Position numbers and translations under genes: made by a program
Part shown: positions 9,046-20,105 of the stretch, piece by piece
How positions within the stretch are numbered: the first letter of the stretch is position 1
How the letters are laid out: the number at the start of each line of letters is the position of its first letter
The notes under the pieces: model-generated
The model's database searches: none
Told to the model about the DNA's origin: nothing
Seen by the model: the letters and a program-made list of their open reading frames with translations, nothing else
Assembly: GCA_036918135.1 (NCBI GenBank)
Contig: JBALDB010000005.1
Coordinates: 1-64,000, forward strand
Direction of reading: 5' to 3'
DNA: 64,000 nt
Origin: Nostoc sp.
Lineage (GTDB): Bacteria > Cyanobacteriota > Cyanobacteriia > Cyanobacteriales > Nostocaceae

Positions 9046-9176
9046 TGTAATTTGTCCAGGTTTTATTTTGGTTGACCGGACAGCATCAACATCATATATC
9101 TAGTAGCAGCGTATCTCTACGTAAGGAATCCATACTCAAAAATAAATTCCTTTCGTAAAGCTACAACTTCGACATT

Positions 9177-9388
9177 TGTTTAGTTTCAGTCTCAGTATGA
9201 TAATTTCTAGTTAGCTGCGATACATTGAGTCATCGAGCTTGCTGAACATTGTTGCCAACATTAAGATTTGTCAACCTGAAGTCTAATCTATGTATTTAAC
9301 CTAGATATCAAGCTGAATACTCAGCAAACATGATGACCCAATGTAAGACAGCCAATTAGAAATTATCACACTGAGACAGCAACTAACA
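9177..9388 (-). ncRNA. Long imperfect inverted repeat; putative dsRNA hairpin in the leader of the NYN gene
   Basis: 9189-9245 versus the reverse complement of 9321-9377: 47/57 Watson-Crick by eye, plus 5 G-U wobbles on the minus strand. Confidence 0.6.
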
Positions 9389-9704
9389 TTTGCACTTTGG
9401 AGTTTTGCTTTAGAGTGCGATTATTTTGCTGTCTTTAAATATACATTCGCACAATAAATCTGGAACGTCAATACGATCATTTATGAAGATTCATAAAAGC
9501 GATCGCTTGATATAACTTTACTTAAGATGCTAGCTCCCTGACTTTTGGTAATAAATCGGAAAGCTGTGACTTTCTATTATCACAATATATAGGTTAGTAT
9601 GTCTTTATGCTAGAGCGATCGCCTTTTTTTCCTACTCAATTTTTCATTGATAATTTTAATAATTTGAATAAAATTAATCAGCTTTAGCACCCTTGATTTT
9701 GCAA

Positions 9705-10304
9705 TCATTCTAAATTCTCACTTCTGAGTTCTAAATCGTTATTTGCTTTCATCTTTAACCAACTAAAAACCTGTTCTACTGTCAACTCTAAATCAACACC
9801 ATCCAGAACAGTCAATTTATCATCTTTATGACAAAATTATGGTTGTTGGTGTGGTTGAAAAAACAGAATCGAGTAGTCATCAGGATCGACCAACCATCCC
9901 AGTTCACAACCATATTTTAGGCAGTGTAAAATATTGCTTGTAACTCGATTTGAACTCTGTTCTGGAGAGAGAATTTCAATTGTCCAGTTAGGAGCAATTA
10001 CTATATCATCTACAGGTTCTCCGTTATCATCAAATTCAATTTTTTGCCAACGAATAACCGCCACATCTGGAACAATTGATCGACCACCAAAAGTACAACG
10101 CAACTCTGGAAAAGCATAAGCAATTTGTCTTTTCTCTGTGACTTCATTAATCCCATTAATCAACTTAGCCTGAAGTCGGGAGTGGCGGGTTTTCGGCATT
10201 GGTTTTTGAATAATCTCACCATTTATATAAATACTTGCAGGCTTTGTTTCTGGTAACTTCAGAAATTCTTCTAGGGTTAGGGATGCAGATTTGGCAACAC
10301 TCAT
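9705..10304 (-). pseudogene. Uma2/DUF820 endonuclease with an in-frame nonsense codon
   Basis: LTLEEFLKLPETKP...PELRCTFGGRSIVPD...APNWTIEILSPEQS; TAA at 9839-9837, after which the frame continues FCHKDDKLTVLDGVDLELTVEQVFSWLK. Confidence 0.8.
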
Positions 10305-10552
10305 GATTTCTGCGACTCCGAAATTCCTGGATCTAGTTTACTAGCGATCGCCTAATCTCACTAGCAAAAATATATGTAATATTTACTACACTTGAACTGC
10401 TGCTAGTGTCCCCTCAGCCCAACTTAGGGTAATTTACAAAGTAAAGAATTGTAATCCAAACAGCCAAATCTAAAATCCAAAATTGGTACGAGTCACTGAC
10501 TACGGTAGTCTAGATGAAAGTGAAATTATCCCCTGGTTTGATATATTATTTT

Positions 10553-11524
10553 ATGACTCCAGTTGTTTCTAGTCCCCCGCGCACGATTCGTATCGGTTCA
10601 CGCAAAAGCCAACTTGCTCTAGTTCAAACCTACTGGGTACAAGAGCAACTTAAGAAAAGCTTTCCTGATATCACTTTTGAAGTTCACACCATGTCTACCC
10701 AAGGCGACAAAATCTTGGATGTAGCATTAGCCAAGATTGGCGATAAAGGACTTTTTACTAAAGAACTTGAGCTAGGAATGCTAAATAGGGAGATTGACTT
10801 TGCAGTTCATTCCCTTAAGGATTTGCCGACTCACTTACCAGATGGGTTAACATTGGCAGCAATTACCGAACGGGAAAACCCAGCCGATGCATTAGTAGTG
10901 CATGAAAAGCACAAAGATAAACAAATTGAGACTTTACCGCAAGGTGCAGTCATCGGCACATCTTCTCTGCGGCGGTTAGCGCAGTTACGCCATCGATTCC
11001 CCCACTTTAGTTTTAAAGATGTCCGGGGAAATTTAAATACACGGTTGACAAAACTGGATGCAGGTGAGTATGACGCCTTGATTCTAGCAGCAGCCGGGTT
11101 AGAGCGATTGGGAATGAGCGATCGCATTCATCAAATCCTACCCCAAGAAATCTCTCTCCACGCCGTTGGACAAGGCGCGTTGGGAATAGAATGCCGTGCA
11201 GATGATAGCGAATTAATATCGCTACTTAAAGCGATCGAACATCCCCAAACACGCGATCGCTGTTTGGCCGAACGAGCCTTTCTACGCGATTTAGAGGGCG
11301 GCTGTCAAGTACCGATTGGTGTAAATACAGAAATCTCTGGCGATCGATTGACTCTAACAGGTATAGTGGCTAGTGTAGATGGTCAAAAGCTAGTAAAAGA
11401 TACTATCGCTGGAGAAGCCAACAATGCCGAAGCATTAGGCACACAACTAGCACATCTGTTACGGGAAAAAGGAGCGCAAGAAATTTTAGCAGAAATTTTT
11501 ACGGTGATTGGGCGGGGTTCCTAA
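10553..11524 (+). CDS. hemC: Hydroxymethylbilane synthase (porphobilinogen deaminase)
   Basis: [38 protein letters not shown] 10553 (ORF track starts at 10514). Confidence 0.97.
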   Translation: MTPVVSSPPRTIRIGSRKSQLALVQTYWVQEQLKKSFPDITFEVHTMSTQGDKILDVALAKIGDKGLFTKELELGMLNREIDFAVHSLKDLPTHLPDGLTLAAITERENPADALVVHEKHKDKQIETLPQGAVIGTSSLRRLAQLRHRFPHFSFKDVRGNLNTRLTKLDAGEYDALILAAAGLERLGMSDRIHQILPQEISLHAVGQGALGIECRADDSELISLLKAIEHPQTRDRCLAERAFLRDLEGGCQVPIGVNTEISGDRLTLTGIVASVDGQKLVKDTIAGEANNAEALGTQLAHLLREKGAQEILAEIFTVIGRGS

Positions 11525-11647
11525 GCAATTGTATAAGCGGATGTGATTAGATAAGTAATCAGTGAGCAGTAATCAGTAGCCAGAGTCAAGAACTGATAAC
11601 TGATAACTCATAACTGTATAGCCACAACCGGGGAAACAAAATTTACC

Positions 11648-13087
11648 ATGCGGATACTATTTGTTGCAGCAGAGGCAGCACCGATTGCGAAAGTAGGCGG
11701 AATGGGCGACGTTGTTGGCGCATTGCCCAAATTCTTGAGAGCAATGGGGCATGATGTGCGGATATTCATGCCTTACTACGGCTTCTTGCCAGACAAAATG
11801 CAGATTCCCCAAGAACCCATTTGGTGGGGAGATGCCATGTTCCAGCACTTTGCAGTCTACGAAACCGTTCTGCCTGGTACTGATGTGCCGTTGTACTTAT
11901 TCGGACATCCAGCTTTTATGCCCCGGCATATTTACTTTGGAGAAGATGAAGATTGGCGGTTCACCTTGTTTGCCAATGGTGCAGCAGAGTTTGCCTGGAA
12001 TTACTGGAAACCAGAAATTATTCACTGTCACGATTGGCATACAGGAATGATTCCCGTGTGGATGCACCAAGATCCTGATATCACCACCGTCTTTACTATT
12101 CATAACTTAGCTTATCAAGGGCCGTGGCGTTGGTATTTAGAAAAAATTACTTGGTGTCCTTGGTATATGCAAGGACACAACACAATGGCAGCTGCGGTAC
12201 AATTTGCCAATAAAGTAAATACAGTTTCGCCTACTTATGCTGAGCAAATCAAGACACCTGCTTATGGCGAAACATTAGAAGGTTTATTGTCTTTTATTAG
12301 CGGTAAGTTATCTGGAATTATCAATGGTATTGATACCGAAGTTTACAATCCAGAAACAGACAAATACATCGCCCAAAACTTCACGGCTGATACTCTAGAC
12401 AAACGCAAGGCTAATAAAATTGCTTTACAAGAAGAAGTCGGATTAGAAGTTAATTCCGGTGCATTTTTAATTGGTATCGTCACCCGATTAGTAGAACAAA
12501 AAGGCATTGATTTAATCTTACAAATCCTCGATCGCTTTATGGCTTACACAGATGCACAGTTTGTGCTGTTAGGGACAGGCGATCGTTACTATGAAGGTCA
12601 GATGTGGCAATTAGCATCTCGCTTTCCCGGACGTATGGCAACTTACCTGCTGTATAACGATGCCTTGTCTCGCCGCATCTACGCTGGCACTGACGCCTTC
12701 TTGATGCCTAGCCGTTTTGAACCTTGTGGTATTAGCCAAATGATGGCTTTGCGTTATGGTTCTGTCCCCATTGTCCGCCGTACAGGTGGATTAGTTGACA
12801 CCGTATCACACCACGACCCCACAAATGGCACAGGCACCGGTTACTGCTTTGACCGCTATGAAGCATTAGACCTTTTCACCTGTATGATTCGGGCCTGGGA
12901 AGGCTTCCGTTTCAAACCCCAATGGCAAGAACTACAAAAACGGGGTATGAGTCAAGACTTTAGTTGGTATCAATCTGCCAAGCAATACGTGAAATTATAC
13001 AGGTCGATTTACGGCTTGCCAGAAGAAGAGGAGACACCACAGCCAGAGTTAGTGTTAAAGGAGGCAGTGACCGCTAGTAATTCCTGA
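11648..13087 (+). CDS. glgA: Glycogen synthase
   Basis: [33 protein letters not shown]. Confidence 0.97.
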   Translation: MRILFVAAEAAPIAKVGGMGDVVGALPKFLRAMGHDVRIFMPYYGFLPDKMQIPQEPIWWGDAMFQHFAVYETVLPGTDVPLYLFGHPAFMPRHIYFGEDEDWRFTLFANGAAEFAWNYWKPEIIHCHDWHTGMIPVWMHQDPDITTVFTIHNLAYQGPWRWYLEKITWCPWYMQGHNTMAAAVQFANKVNTVSPTYAEQIKTPAYGETLEGLLSFISGKLSGIINGIDTEVYNPETDKYIAQNFTADTLDKRKANKIALQEEVGLEVNSGAFLIGIVTRLVEQKGIDLILQILDRFMAYTDAQFVLLGTGDRYYEGQMWQLASRFPGRMATYLLYNDALSRRIYAGTDAFLMPSRFEPCGISQMMALRYGSVPIVRRTGGLVDTVSHHDPTNGTGTGYCFDRYEALDLFTCMIRAWEGFRFKPQWQELQKRGMSQDFSWYQSAKQYVKLYRSIYGLPEEEETPQPELVLKEAVTASNS

Positions 13088-13112
13088 ACTCCCTAAATAA
13101 CTACATTTTTGA

Positions 13113-13176
13113 GACTCGTGATAGCATTCTTCAGATTAGCTTGATGTCTGAAAATCCTAATCACGAGTTTTTTTTA
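13113..13176 (+). terminator. Hairpin plus U-tract after glgA
   Basis: ACTCGTGAT...ATCACGAGT followed by a T run. Confidence 0.6.
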
Positions 13177-13332
13177 AATTAAGCTGCTTTGAAAATTAAG
13201 CTGCTTTGAAAATAGTGAGTAGGGAGTGGGGAATGGGGAGTAATATAGCAGGAGGCAGGAGGCAGGAGGTAAAACTATTGCTAACTTTAGCATTCACCCT
13301 TTCTAAATGTCCTAAAGAGTGTGACTACGGCT

Positions 13333-13497
13333 ATATTATGTCTGGTTGAATACTTATGATATCTATGAGGGTCGGTAACGGGTAATTGGGTAATGGGTGA
13401 TGGGTGATGGGGGAGAAAAACATAACTGTTCACCTCTTCCCAATTACCAATTACCAAAAAGACCAACATATTGGAAGTAATTAGCCGAACTTGATAT
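13333..13497. mobile_element. MITE-like element family A, second full copy
   Basis: Same termini and internal sequence as 519-684, differing in its STRR-like (GGGTAAT/GGGTGAT) tract. Confidence 0.75.
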
Positions 13498-13976
13498 AAC
13501 TTTCAAGGGTAGGTTTTTTGTCAATTTTCTTACAAAGAAAATGATTGCAATGAATGTTTTTGTCTCCATCGATCCATCCTGTGGATTGTAGCCTAACTAT
13601 AAAATTATTATTGAATTTTTGAACAATAAAATCACTAATATTCGCTTCGACATCAATACACTTTAAATACCTATATTTTTATCTTTTTGTTAAAATGACT
13701 AGCTAGTTAGTATACAGATTTCGCTTGCAGGCTTCAACTTATATGCAACATGAAAACTTTAAAAAGTCGATGAGTTGCACTTACAATAAAAAATAAAACC
13801 TCTCTTGCAATACCCAATGCCCTATTTGCGAGACACTCAATCATCATAAAATCCCACAAACAAGTATAAAATAGGTTTAATTTATTACTACCCACTCACT
13901 ATTTTTAAACATTTTGTTCAAACCTGAAAACTCTGATAAGACAACGAGATTTTTGGATTCACATTAAACGTAATTT

Positions 13977-14846
13977 ATGAAAAAAAATAATTATCAATAC
14001 TGTAATTATGGGCTAATTGGGTTAATATCTTTAACCGCCATATTAAGTACAACTACATCTGCCCTAACACAATTAGTAGGTAATTCTCCAACTCAGCAAA
14101 ATTCCATCCCTGCTTCTAACTTCATTTGGCCGACTCAAGGCTTTATTTCTCAAGGCTTTCGTAAATATCAACACGAAGGAATTGATATCGCTGGAGCATC
14201 TGGAACTCCTATTGTTGCTGCTGCATCTGGTATAGTTATCAAAGCAGGTTGGGATAATTGGGGATTAGGTAATGCCATAACTATTAAACATCCTGATGGC
14301 AGCATCAGTGTTTATGGCCACAATCGCCGTTTATTGGTGAGCAAAGGTCAACAGGTCATTCAAGGTGAAATTATTGCCGAGATGGGATCTACAGGTAATA
14401 GTACAGCACCTCATCTTCACTTTGAAATTCATCCAGATGGGCGAATAGCAGCCGATCCTCTTCGTGTATTGGCATCCTCAACTGCAAATTTTACCTCTGC
14501 TTCTAAACAGCAATTTGGTAACTCTAACCGCCCAGTCTCGACATCCCCAGTAGTAAAGCCAATTGCAATAGGTATTGCATCTTCAAATACTAACGGCGAA
14601 TGCAATGGAGTTACGATCCTTGAACATGAAACTGCAAAAATTCGTGTCAAAGTGTGTAAAGAAAATGGTCAGTTATTTTATATTGGTCAGCTCAAGCAAA
14701 ACCAAAGTCGGCCGATAAAAATACCAGCTTTGAATCTTGGCAAAGGGAGATATCAAGCAGATAATGGTAGTTTTTCCTATTTAGTCACTCCTGAAAGAGT
14801 AGAAGTGTGGCAAAATGGCAGTCAGATTCGTTCTGAAAGTTTTTAA
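13977..14846 (+). CDS. M23 family metallopeptidase, secreted
   Basis: Signal peptide; HEGID, YGH, GSTGNSTAPHLHFE. Confidence 0.9.
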   Translation: MKKNNYQYCNYGLIGLISLTAILSTTTSALTQLVGNSPTQQNSIPASNFIWPTQGFISQGFRKYQHEGIDIAGASGTPIVAAASGIVIKAGWDNWGLGNAITIKHPDGSISVYGHNRRLLVSKGQQVIQGEIIAEMGSTGNSTAPHLHFEIHPDGRIAADPLRVLASSTANFTSASKQQFGNSNRPVSTSPVVKPIAIGIASSNTNGECNGVTILEHETAKIRVKVCKENGQLFYIGQLKQNQSRPIKIPALNLGKGRYQADNGSFSYLVTPERVEVWQNGSQIRSESF

Positions 14847-14979
14847 ATTTAAAATTAGAACTTATCAACTGTAATCTGATTGCAGAAGTTTAATTTTTTC
14901 CTGTAACTATAGAGATTTTGGTGAATTGTAATATCAGCCTATGCACTTTCATCTGGAAAATAAACACTATTAATAAAAC

Positions 14980-15747
14980 TTAAAATTTTTCCTTAATAGC
15001 TAACATCTGTAAAATTTTTTCTACACGATCCAACTCTCCAACAATTCGCCGAATTGGGTGAGGCCAAACCTTCACGAGGGTAGGAGTAGCAGAAACCTGA
15101 TTAATTTCTGCTTGTTCTGGATGAGTTAAAACATCAATTACCTTCAAAGTATAAGGTTGTCCGAGCGATCGCTCTAACAATTCGTGTAGATTCTCAAGGA
15201 TACGTTCGGTAGTTCCGCTATGTCCTGCAACAAACAAACGGAGGACATACCCTTGTGTTGTTAATTGCTCTTTTTGTGCTATTACTGGTTGGTGATATTT
15301 TGGTACAGGTTCAGAAAGGTCTAAACGTACAATTAAATCGTGATCCTCCCAAAGCTGCGGGAATGACGAATGATAAGTTGTTAGCACCATGCTATCGCAC
15401 AACCCTTCTTGCCAAGGAGCTGCTTGCCATACTAATTCCTCTGTACCAAAAATTGCATTCAGCAAAGCTTGATATCTAATTACAGCCGGATAAGCCTCAG
15501 CAAAAGTCCGCACTTGTTGAGTGCGCGGATCTAGCCAGTGGTCAATAGTCGCAGTATAACAAGGTACTAAAAAGTGCGGTGGTTCTGGTAAATCTAGAAT
15601 TTCCTGCAAAGCAGAACACAAATGCAAATGCCATCGACCTTGCTTGCTAGGATCGATGCAGTAAATTAAATCTCCTCCAGGTGTAAATAGTGCAATGCCT
15701 TTAAACAACTGGGGTGTGGATAGTTTGTTTGTCGTCAAGTTATTCAC
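14980..15747 (-). CDS. KaiB-domain protein (long form with N-terminal extension)
   Basis: C-terminal YVLRLFVAG...YTLKVIDVLTHPEQAE...ATPTLVK..P.PIRRIVGEL. Confidence 0.85.
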   Translation of the reverse strand: MNNLTTNKLSTPQLFKGIALFTPGGDLIYCIDPSKQGRWHLHLCSALQEILDLPEPPHFLVPCYTATIDHWLDPRTQQVRTFAEAYPAVIRYQALLNAIFGTEELVWQAAPWQEGLCDSMVLTTYHSSFPQLWEDHDLIVRLDLSEPVPKYHQPVIAQKEQLTTQGYVLRLFVAGHSGTTERILENLHELLERSLGQPYTLKVIDVLTHPEQAEINQVSATPTLVKVWPHPIRRIVGELDRVEKILQMLAIKEKF

Positions 15748-15834
15748 AGAAGCTAAGGAACTAAAAAGTAAAAATTCTTTCTTTTACCTTTTACCTTAGC
15801 GATAACCGCAACCAGGAACATAAAGATATTTAGG

Positions 15835-15992
15835 CATGGGGCAAACAAGGAGTGTGGGAGGTGTGGGAGGATAGGGAAGAAGCGAAAAGCTAGAAGTATA
15901 AATTTTCTTTCCCCTTACACTCCCTCATCTCCCTCTTCCCCCATGCTCCCCACACTCCCTCATCTCCTTATTCCTTATTTCCCAATCCCCAA
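15835..15992. repeat. STRR-like purine/pyrimidine palindromic repeat tract
   Basis: GGAGTGTGG/GGGAAGA runs mirrored by CCCACACTCC/TCCCCA runs. Confidence 0.6.
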
Positions 15993-15994
15993 TA

Positions 15995-17275
15995 TTAAAC
16001 TCGACCTCGGAGAAATTGTGCCATTTCGTTAGGAGTTGGTGACATTTCTAAAGCAGTTTCTTCAGTAATGCGACCGTCTTGATAGAGATTCAGCAACGAC
16101 TGATTCATCGTGATCATGCCGTCGAAACTGGCTTGTTTCATCAATTCGGTAATTTCATCATACTTACCGTCTTTGATCCATTCTTTGATTGCCTCAGTGT
16201 TGATCAGGACATCGTGGAAAGCAGCCCGCTTGCCGTCAGTTGTGCGGCACAAACCTTGAGCAATCACTGCCACTAAAGACTCAGAAATTGCCACACGCAT
16301 AGCATCCTGTTCTTCACCAGAGTAGAGGTTGAGTATCCGCTCAATAGTTTTGACAGCACTATTAGTGTGCAACGTTCCCATCACCAAGTGACCAGTCTGA
16401 GCGGCTTTTAGAGCGGTGTTGACTGTTTCTTTATCCCGCATTTCTCCCACGAGAATCAAGTCCGGGTCTTCCCGCAAAGCTGCTTTCAAAGCGTTGTCAA
16501 ATTTCCGAGTATGCATTCCCACTTCCCGCTGTTTGACTAAGGACTTACGGCTTTGGTGGACGAATTCTATCGGATCTTCGATGGTGATGATATGCTTTGC
16601 CATCTCTTTATTGATGTAGTCAATCATCGCCGCCATTGTTGTGGACTTACCAGAACCAGTTGGCCCAGTTACTAAAATTAATCCTTTATGGTGATGACAA
16701 ATATCCCGAAAAACTGGCGGTAATTTCAACTGTTCCATAGTTAAGATTTTCAACGGAATCAACCGCAACACCATTGCAGGCCCTTTGAGGGAACCAAAGA
16801 CGTTAATCCGCACGCGAGCAAACTCGTATTGAGTTGCTCCATCAAATTCTAAGTGTTCTTCAAAGCGCTGAATTTCTGCCTTAGTCATCACCTCCTCCAA
16901 CCAACTCATCAAAGCCTCTTTATCGGTTTCTGGATAATCGGTTGGTTGAATTTCTCCTCGATTGCGGAAACGGGGTACTTCACCTACACCCAAATGAATA
17001 TCAGAATATCCTTGGTCGTAAGCTTCCCTGATAATCTGCGCTAAAGTCAGTCCGGTATTTTTAGGGCGAGCTGAACTAGGTATTGGCGGTGGTGTACCCG
17101 GACGATGAGCTGCAATAGGCGCAGAGTTAGCAACAGGAGAGTTAACATTCGACATATCCAATGTTTGTGTCATCTGACGCTGTGTACTCAACGTTGGCGG
17201 TGGTGGTGGCGGCATTGGTGGCAGATTACGTCCAGCGGCAGAGTTAATATTTAATGGTGAGTGAGATTCTGTCAT
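15995..17275 (-). CDS. pilT: Type IV pilus retraction ATPase (PilT2-type, Pro-rich N-terminus)
   Basis: GPTGSGKSTT, ITIEDPIE, ALREDPD, GEMRD, TGHLVMGTLH. Confidence 0.93.
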   Translation of the reverse strand: MTESHSPLNINSAAGRNLPPMPPPPPPTLSTQRQMTQTLDMSNVNSPVANSAPIAAHRPGTPPPIPSSARPKNTGLTLAQIIREAYDQGYSDIHLGVGEVPRFRNRGEIQPTDYPETDKEALMSWLEEVMTKAEIQRFEEHLEFDGATQYEFARVRINVFGSLKGPAMVLRLIPLKILTMEQLKLPPVFRDICHHHKGLILVTGPTGSGKSTTMAAMIDYINKEMAKHIITIEDPIEFVHQSRKSLVKQREVGMHTRKFDNALKAALREDPDLILVGEMRDKETVNTALKAAQTGHLVMGTLHTNSAVKTIERILNLYSGEEQDAMRVAISESLVAVIAQGLCRTTDGKRAAFHDVLINTEAIKEWIKDGKYDEITELMKQASFDGMITMNQSLLNLYQDGRITEETALEMSPTPNEMAQFLRGRV

Positions 17276-18004
17276 ATATCTTCACATTTCGTAGTTAAAA
17301 AATTAAATTAGTAACAAGTCAAGTCAGTTTCTAAAAAGAGTTCTGAAAGACGCTATCCTGCAAGCCCTAGCAGTAATGCAAGGCGATTCAAACTTCAGAA
17401 GCACAGTCAATACATTTGAACCAAATCAGTATGTATCTTTTTTTGCACTTTGTTTAAATATTCAGAAGTTTTATAAAAACTTTTTAGTCTCTATAACCTG
17501 GTTTAACATATAGATAACATAATATAGCCTCAGTAAATACGCTATAAACAAAAGTTAGATATAATACTAATTTTAAAAAAATAAATATTTAACTCTATTA
17601 AATGAGAAATTTATTGCGGCTGTCGAGTTTAATTGCTAGCAATTAACAACATAAATATTAGTAGTTCATGAATTCAGCGAATCTTGAAATTATGAGAAGA
17701 AGTACCAAATATTATAAGAAATGTTAATTACATTCGGAATCATATATCGGGGATCAAGCTTTAAAGTATATGTCTTTTAGCTTATGTGCCTGAAGACAGA
17801 TGCCGAAAGAAAGGTTTTTGAATAAAAAGCAACTTGACTTTACATTCATAATTACAAAAAATTAACTGTAAACTTTAGTAAAAAAATGCTCATTTTCCTG
17901 ATTAGGTTTTATATACTGAATTTCACATAAATGATTCAGTTTACTCGTAAAAAGCGGGAAAAAACTGGGAAAAAACTTGCTGTGTATTTTTGGGAGGAAA
18001 AGTC

Positions 18005-18379
18005 ATGGTTTCGGCTCAGAGCTCTAATCTAGGAAAGACCTACTCCTTGATGATGATTAAAAGCTTTTTAATATGGACTTTCACATTGGCAGTATGCTTG
18101 CTGGTTGTCGGTTTTCCACTAGTTGTTTTGATGGCCACGGTCGGATGTCTGTTGTCAATGATTTTGCAATCTGTGATGCCAGTTAGTGCTGTTTTGCTGG
18201 TAGCAGGTGCTTTAGTCATGTTCAATGTCATGGCAGTTGTATTTGCTGCGGGTGTGCTTACTGTTAAAGGAGTTCATCCTAACGAAGTCAAATGGTTAAG
18301 CTGGCTGCATGGAGAGGCAGACCAAATGCAGACTACTGTTTACGCTTCTTGCCCTTTAACTTGTGAGATTAAAATCTAG
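18005..18379 (+). CDS. Hypothetical membrane protein
   Basis: Hydrophobic ORF with GGAGG SD before ATG 18005 and a downstream terminator. Confidence 0.75.
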   Translation: MVSAQSSNLGKTYSLMMIKSFLIWTFTLAVCLLVVGFPLVVLMATVGCLLSMILQSVMPVSAVLLVAGALVMFNVMAVVFAAGVLTVKGVHPNEVKWLSWLHGEADQMQTTVYASCPLTCEIKI

Positions 18380-18411
18380 TCATTACAATTGAATTTGACA
18401 AACAGTGCATC

Positions 18412-18434
18412 TGCCCGGTTCAGCCGGGTTTTTT
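18412..18434 (+). terminator. Intrinsic terminator
   Basis: GCCCGG-TTCAG-CCGGGT followed by a T run. Confidence 0.75.
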
Positions 18435-18723
18435 CATGTTTTAGATAGTTTTTACTGCATTTGCCTGGTTCATCTGATTTTTTTAATGTTTTGTTTGATT
18501 CATCCTTTAATAAGTAGAACGATATGGAAAAACCAAATTATGTTAATAAAAATTAAATAGATTCAAACCCTCTTACCTACTGCCTCCTGCCTCCTGCCTT
18601 ATCCCAACAATAAATATTCACACCGACCTACTTAATTTATGATTTCTGTGATGATTCATAGTTAACTATTGACTATTAAGCCTAGAGCGTTGACCATAGC
18701 TTTTGATAAATTACAACCGACAA

Positions 18724-19854
18724 ATGACTAATCAAAAGCGGGTTTGCATTATTTTGGGTACTCGTCCGGAAGCAATTAAACTAGCTCCGGTGATTCAGGT
18801 TTTCCAAAAGTCTTCAGATTTTGAGTCGCAAGTAATTTTAACTGGACAGCATCGGGAAATGGTTGAGCAAGTCATGCAACTGTTTAATATCAAGGCAGAT
18901 TATGACTTAGAAATTATGCAGGCTCAGCAATCTTTAAATGATATTACCTGTCGTAGTTTACAAGGGTTAGCAGCATTATTCCAGCAAAAAAAGCCAGATT
19001 TAGTTGTGGTGCAGGGAGATACTACCACGGCTTTTGCCGCAGCTTTAGCAGCTTTTTATCAAAAAATTCCTGTCGGTCACGTAGAAGCAGGATTAAGAAC
19101 TGATGATATATTCAATCCTTACCCAGAAGAAGCTAATCGGCGGTTGATTTCTCAAATTACTCAGTTGCACTTTGCACCAACTCCTTGGGCTGTAGAAAAT
19201 TTGCAGCGTTCTGGTGTTTTAGGTGAAATTCACTTGACTGGTAATACGGTAATTGATGCATTATTGAATGTTGCTGCAACCCAAGTAAGCTGCAATGTAC
19301 CAGGTTTGAACTGGGATTCATATCGCGTTTTGTTAGCAACAGTACATCGTCGGGAAAATTGGGGAGAACCACTGCAAGCGATCGCTGCTGGGTTTTTACA
19401 AATCTTAGATAAGTTTCCAGATACAGCTTTGCTCTTACCATTGCACCGCAATCCAACAGTGCGAGTACCATTACAACAACTTTTAGGAAATCATCCCCGA
19501 ATATTCTTGACAGAACCTCTAGATTATGGAGAATTGGTGGGAGCAATTGGGCGATCGCATCTTTTGCTGACTGACTCTGGTGGATTGCAGGAAGAAGCCC
19601 CCAGTTTGGGAAAACCAGTACTAGTTTTGAGAGACACTACAGAAAGACCGGAGGCTGTAACAGCAGGTACAGCTAAACTTGTAGGAACTGAGAGTAAAAA
19701 TATTTTTGCAGCTGCTAGTGACTTACTCAGCGACCAAGCCGCTTATCAAGCAATGGCTAATGCAATTAATCCTTTTGGAGATGGTCACGCAGCAGAGCGC
19801 ATTTTGCAGATTGTCAAAAATTACTTGGGTCTTCAATTACTAACAGCAATTTAG
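18724..19854 (+). CDS. wecB: UDP-N-acetylglucosamine 2-epimerase (non-hydrolysing)
   Basis: GTRPEAIK, TGQH, GHVEAGLR, PEEANR, TDSGGLQEE, NPFGDG. Confidence 0.96.
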   Translation: MTNQKRVCIILGTRPEAIKLAPVIQVFQKSSDFESQVILTGQHREMVEQVMQLFNIKADYDLEIMQAQQSLNDITCRSLQGLAALFQQKKPDLVVVQGDTTTAFAAALAAFYQKIPVGHVEAGLRTDDIFNPYPEEANRRLISQITQLHFAPTPWAVENLQRSGVLGEIHLTGNTVIDALLNVAATQVSCNVPGLNWDSYRVLLATVHRRENWGEPLQAIAAGFLQILDKFPDTALLLPLHRNPTVRVPLQQLLGNHPRIFLTEPLDYGELVGAIGRSHLLLTDSGGLQEEAPSLGKPVLVLRDTTERPEAVTAGTAKLVGTESKNIFAAASDLLSDQAAYQAMANAINPFGDGHAAERILQIVKNYLGLQLLTAI

Positions 19855-19932
19855 GAATCTAAATTAAACAAAATCCCACATTTCTATTTCTTAGGGTGCA
19901 TTCTTCAACACCCTAACACACTGAAACACTCT

Positions 19933-19987
19933 CATATCAAGTTCGGCTAATTACTCACAATATGGTTGGTCTTTTTGGTAATTGGAA
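19933..19987 (-). mobile_element. Partial copy of the family A right end, inverted
   Basis: CATATCAAGTTCGGCTAATTACTCACAATATGGTTGGTCTTTTTGGTAATTGG matches the reverse complement of the 13440-13497 end. Confidence 0.65.
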
Positions 19988-20105
19988 AAAGATAATTGGG
20001 AATTGCTAATAGCTGATTGGCAATAAGTAACTGAACGATTAGCCATTCCCCATTTATCATTAAATCTTTCCCCATTTGTGTGTCTTCACCACTCTCCAAC
20101 CATTA

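Noticed and set aside
13178..13213. 18-bp direct duplication AATTAAGCTGCTTTGAAA as an operator
   Set aside because: An exact adjacent copy right after a terminator is most simply replication slippage
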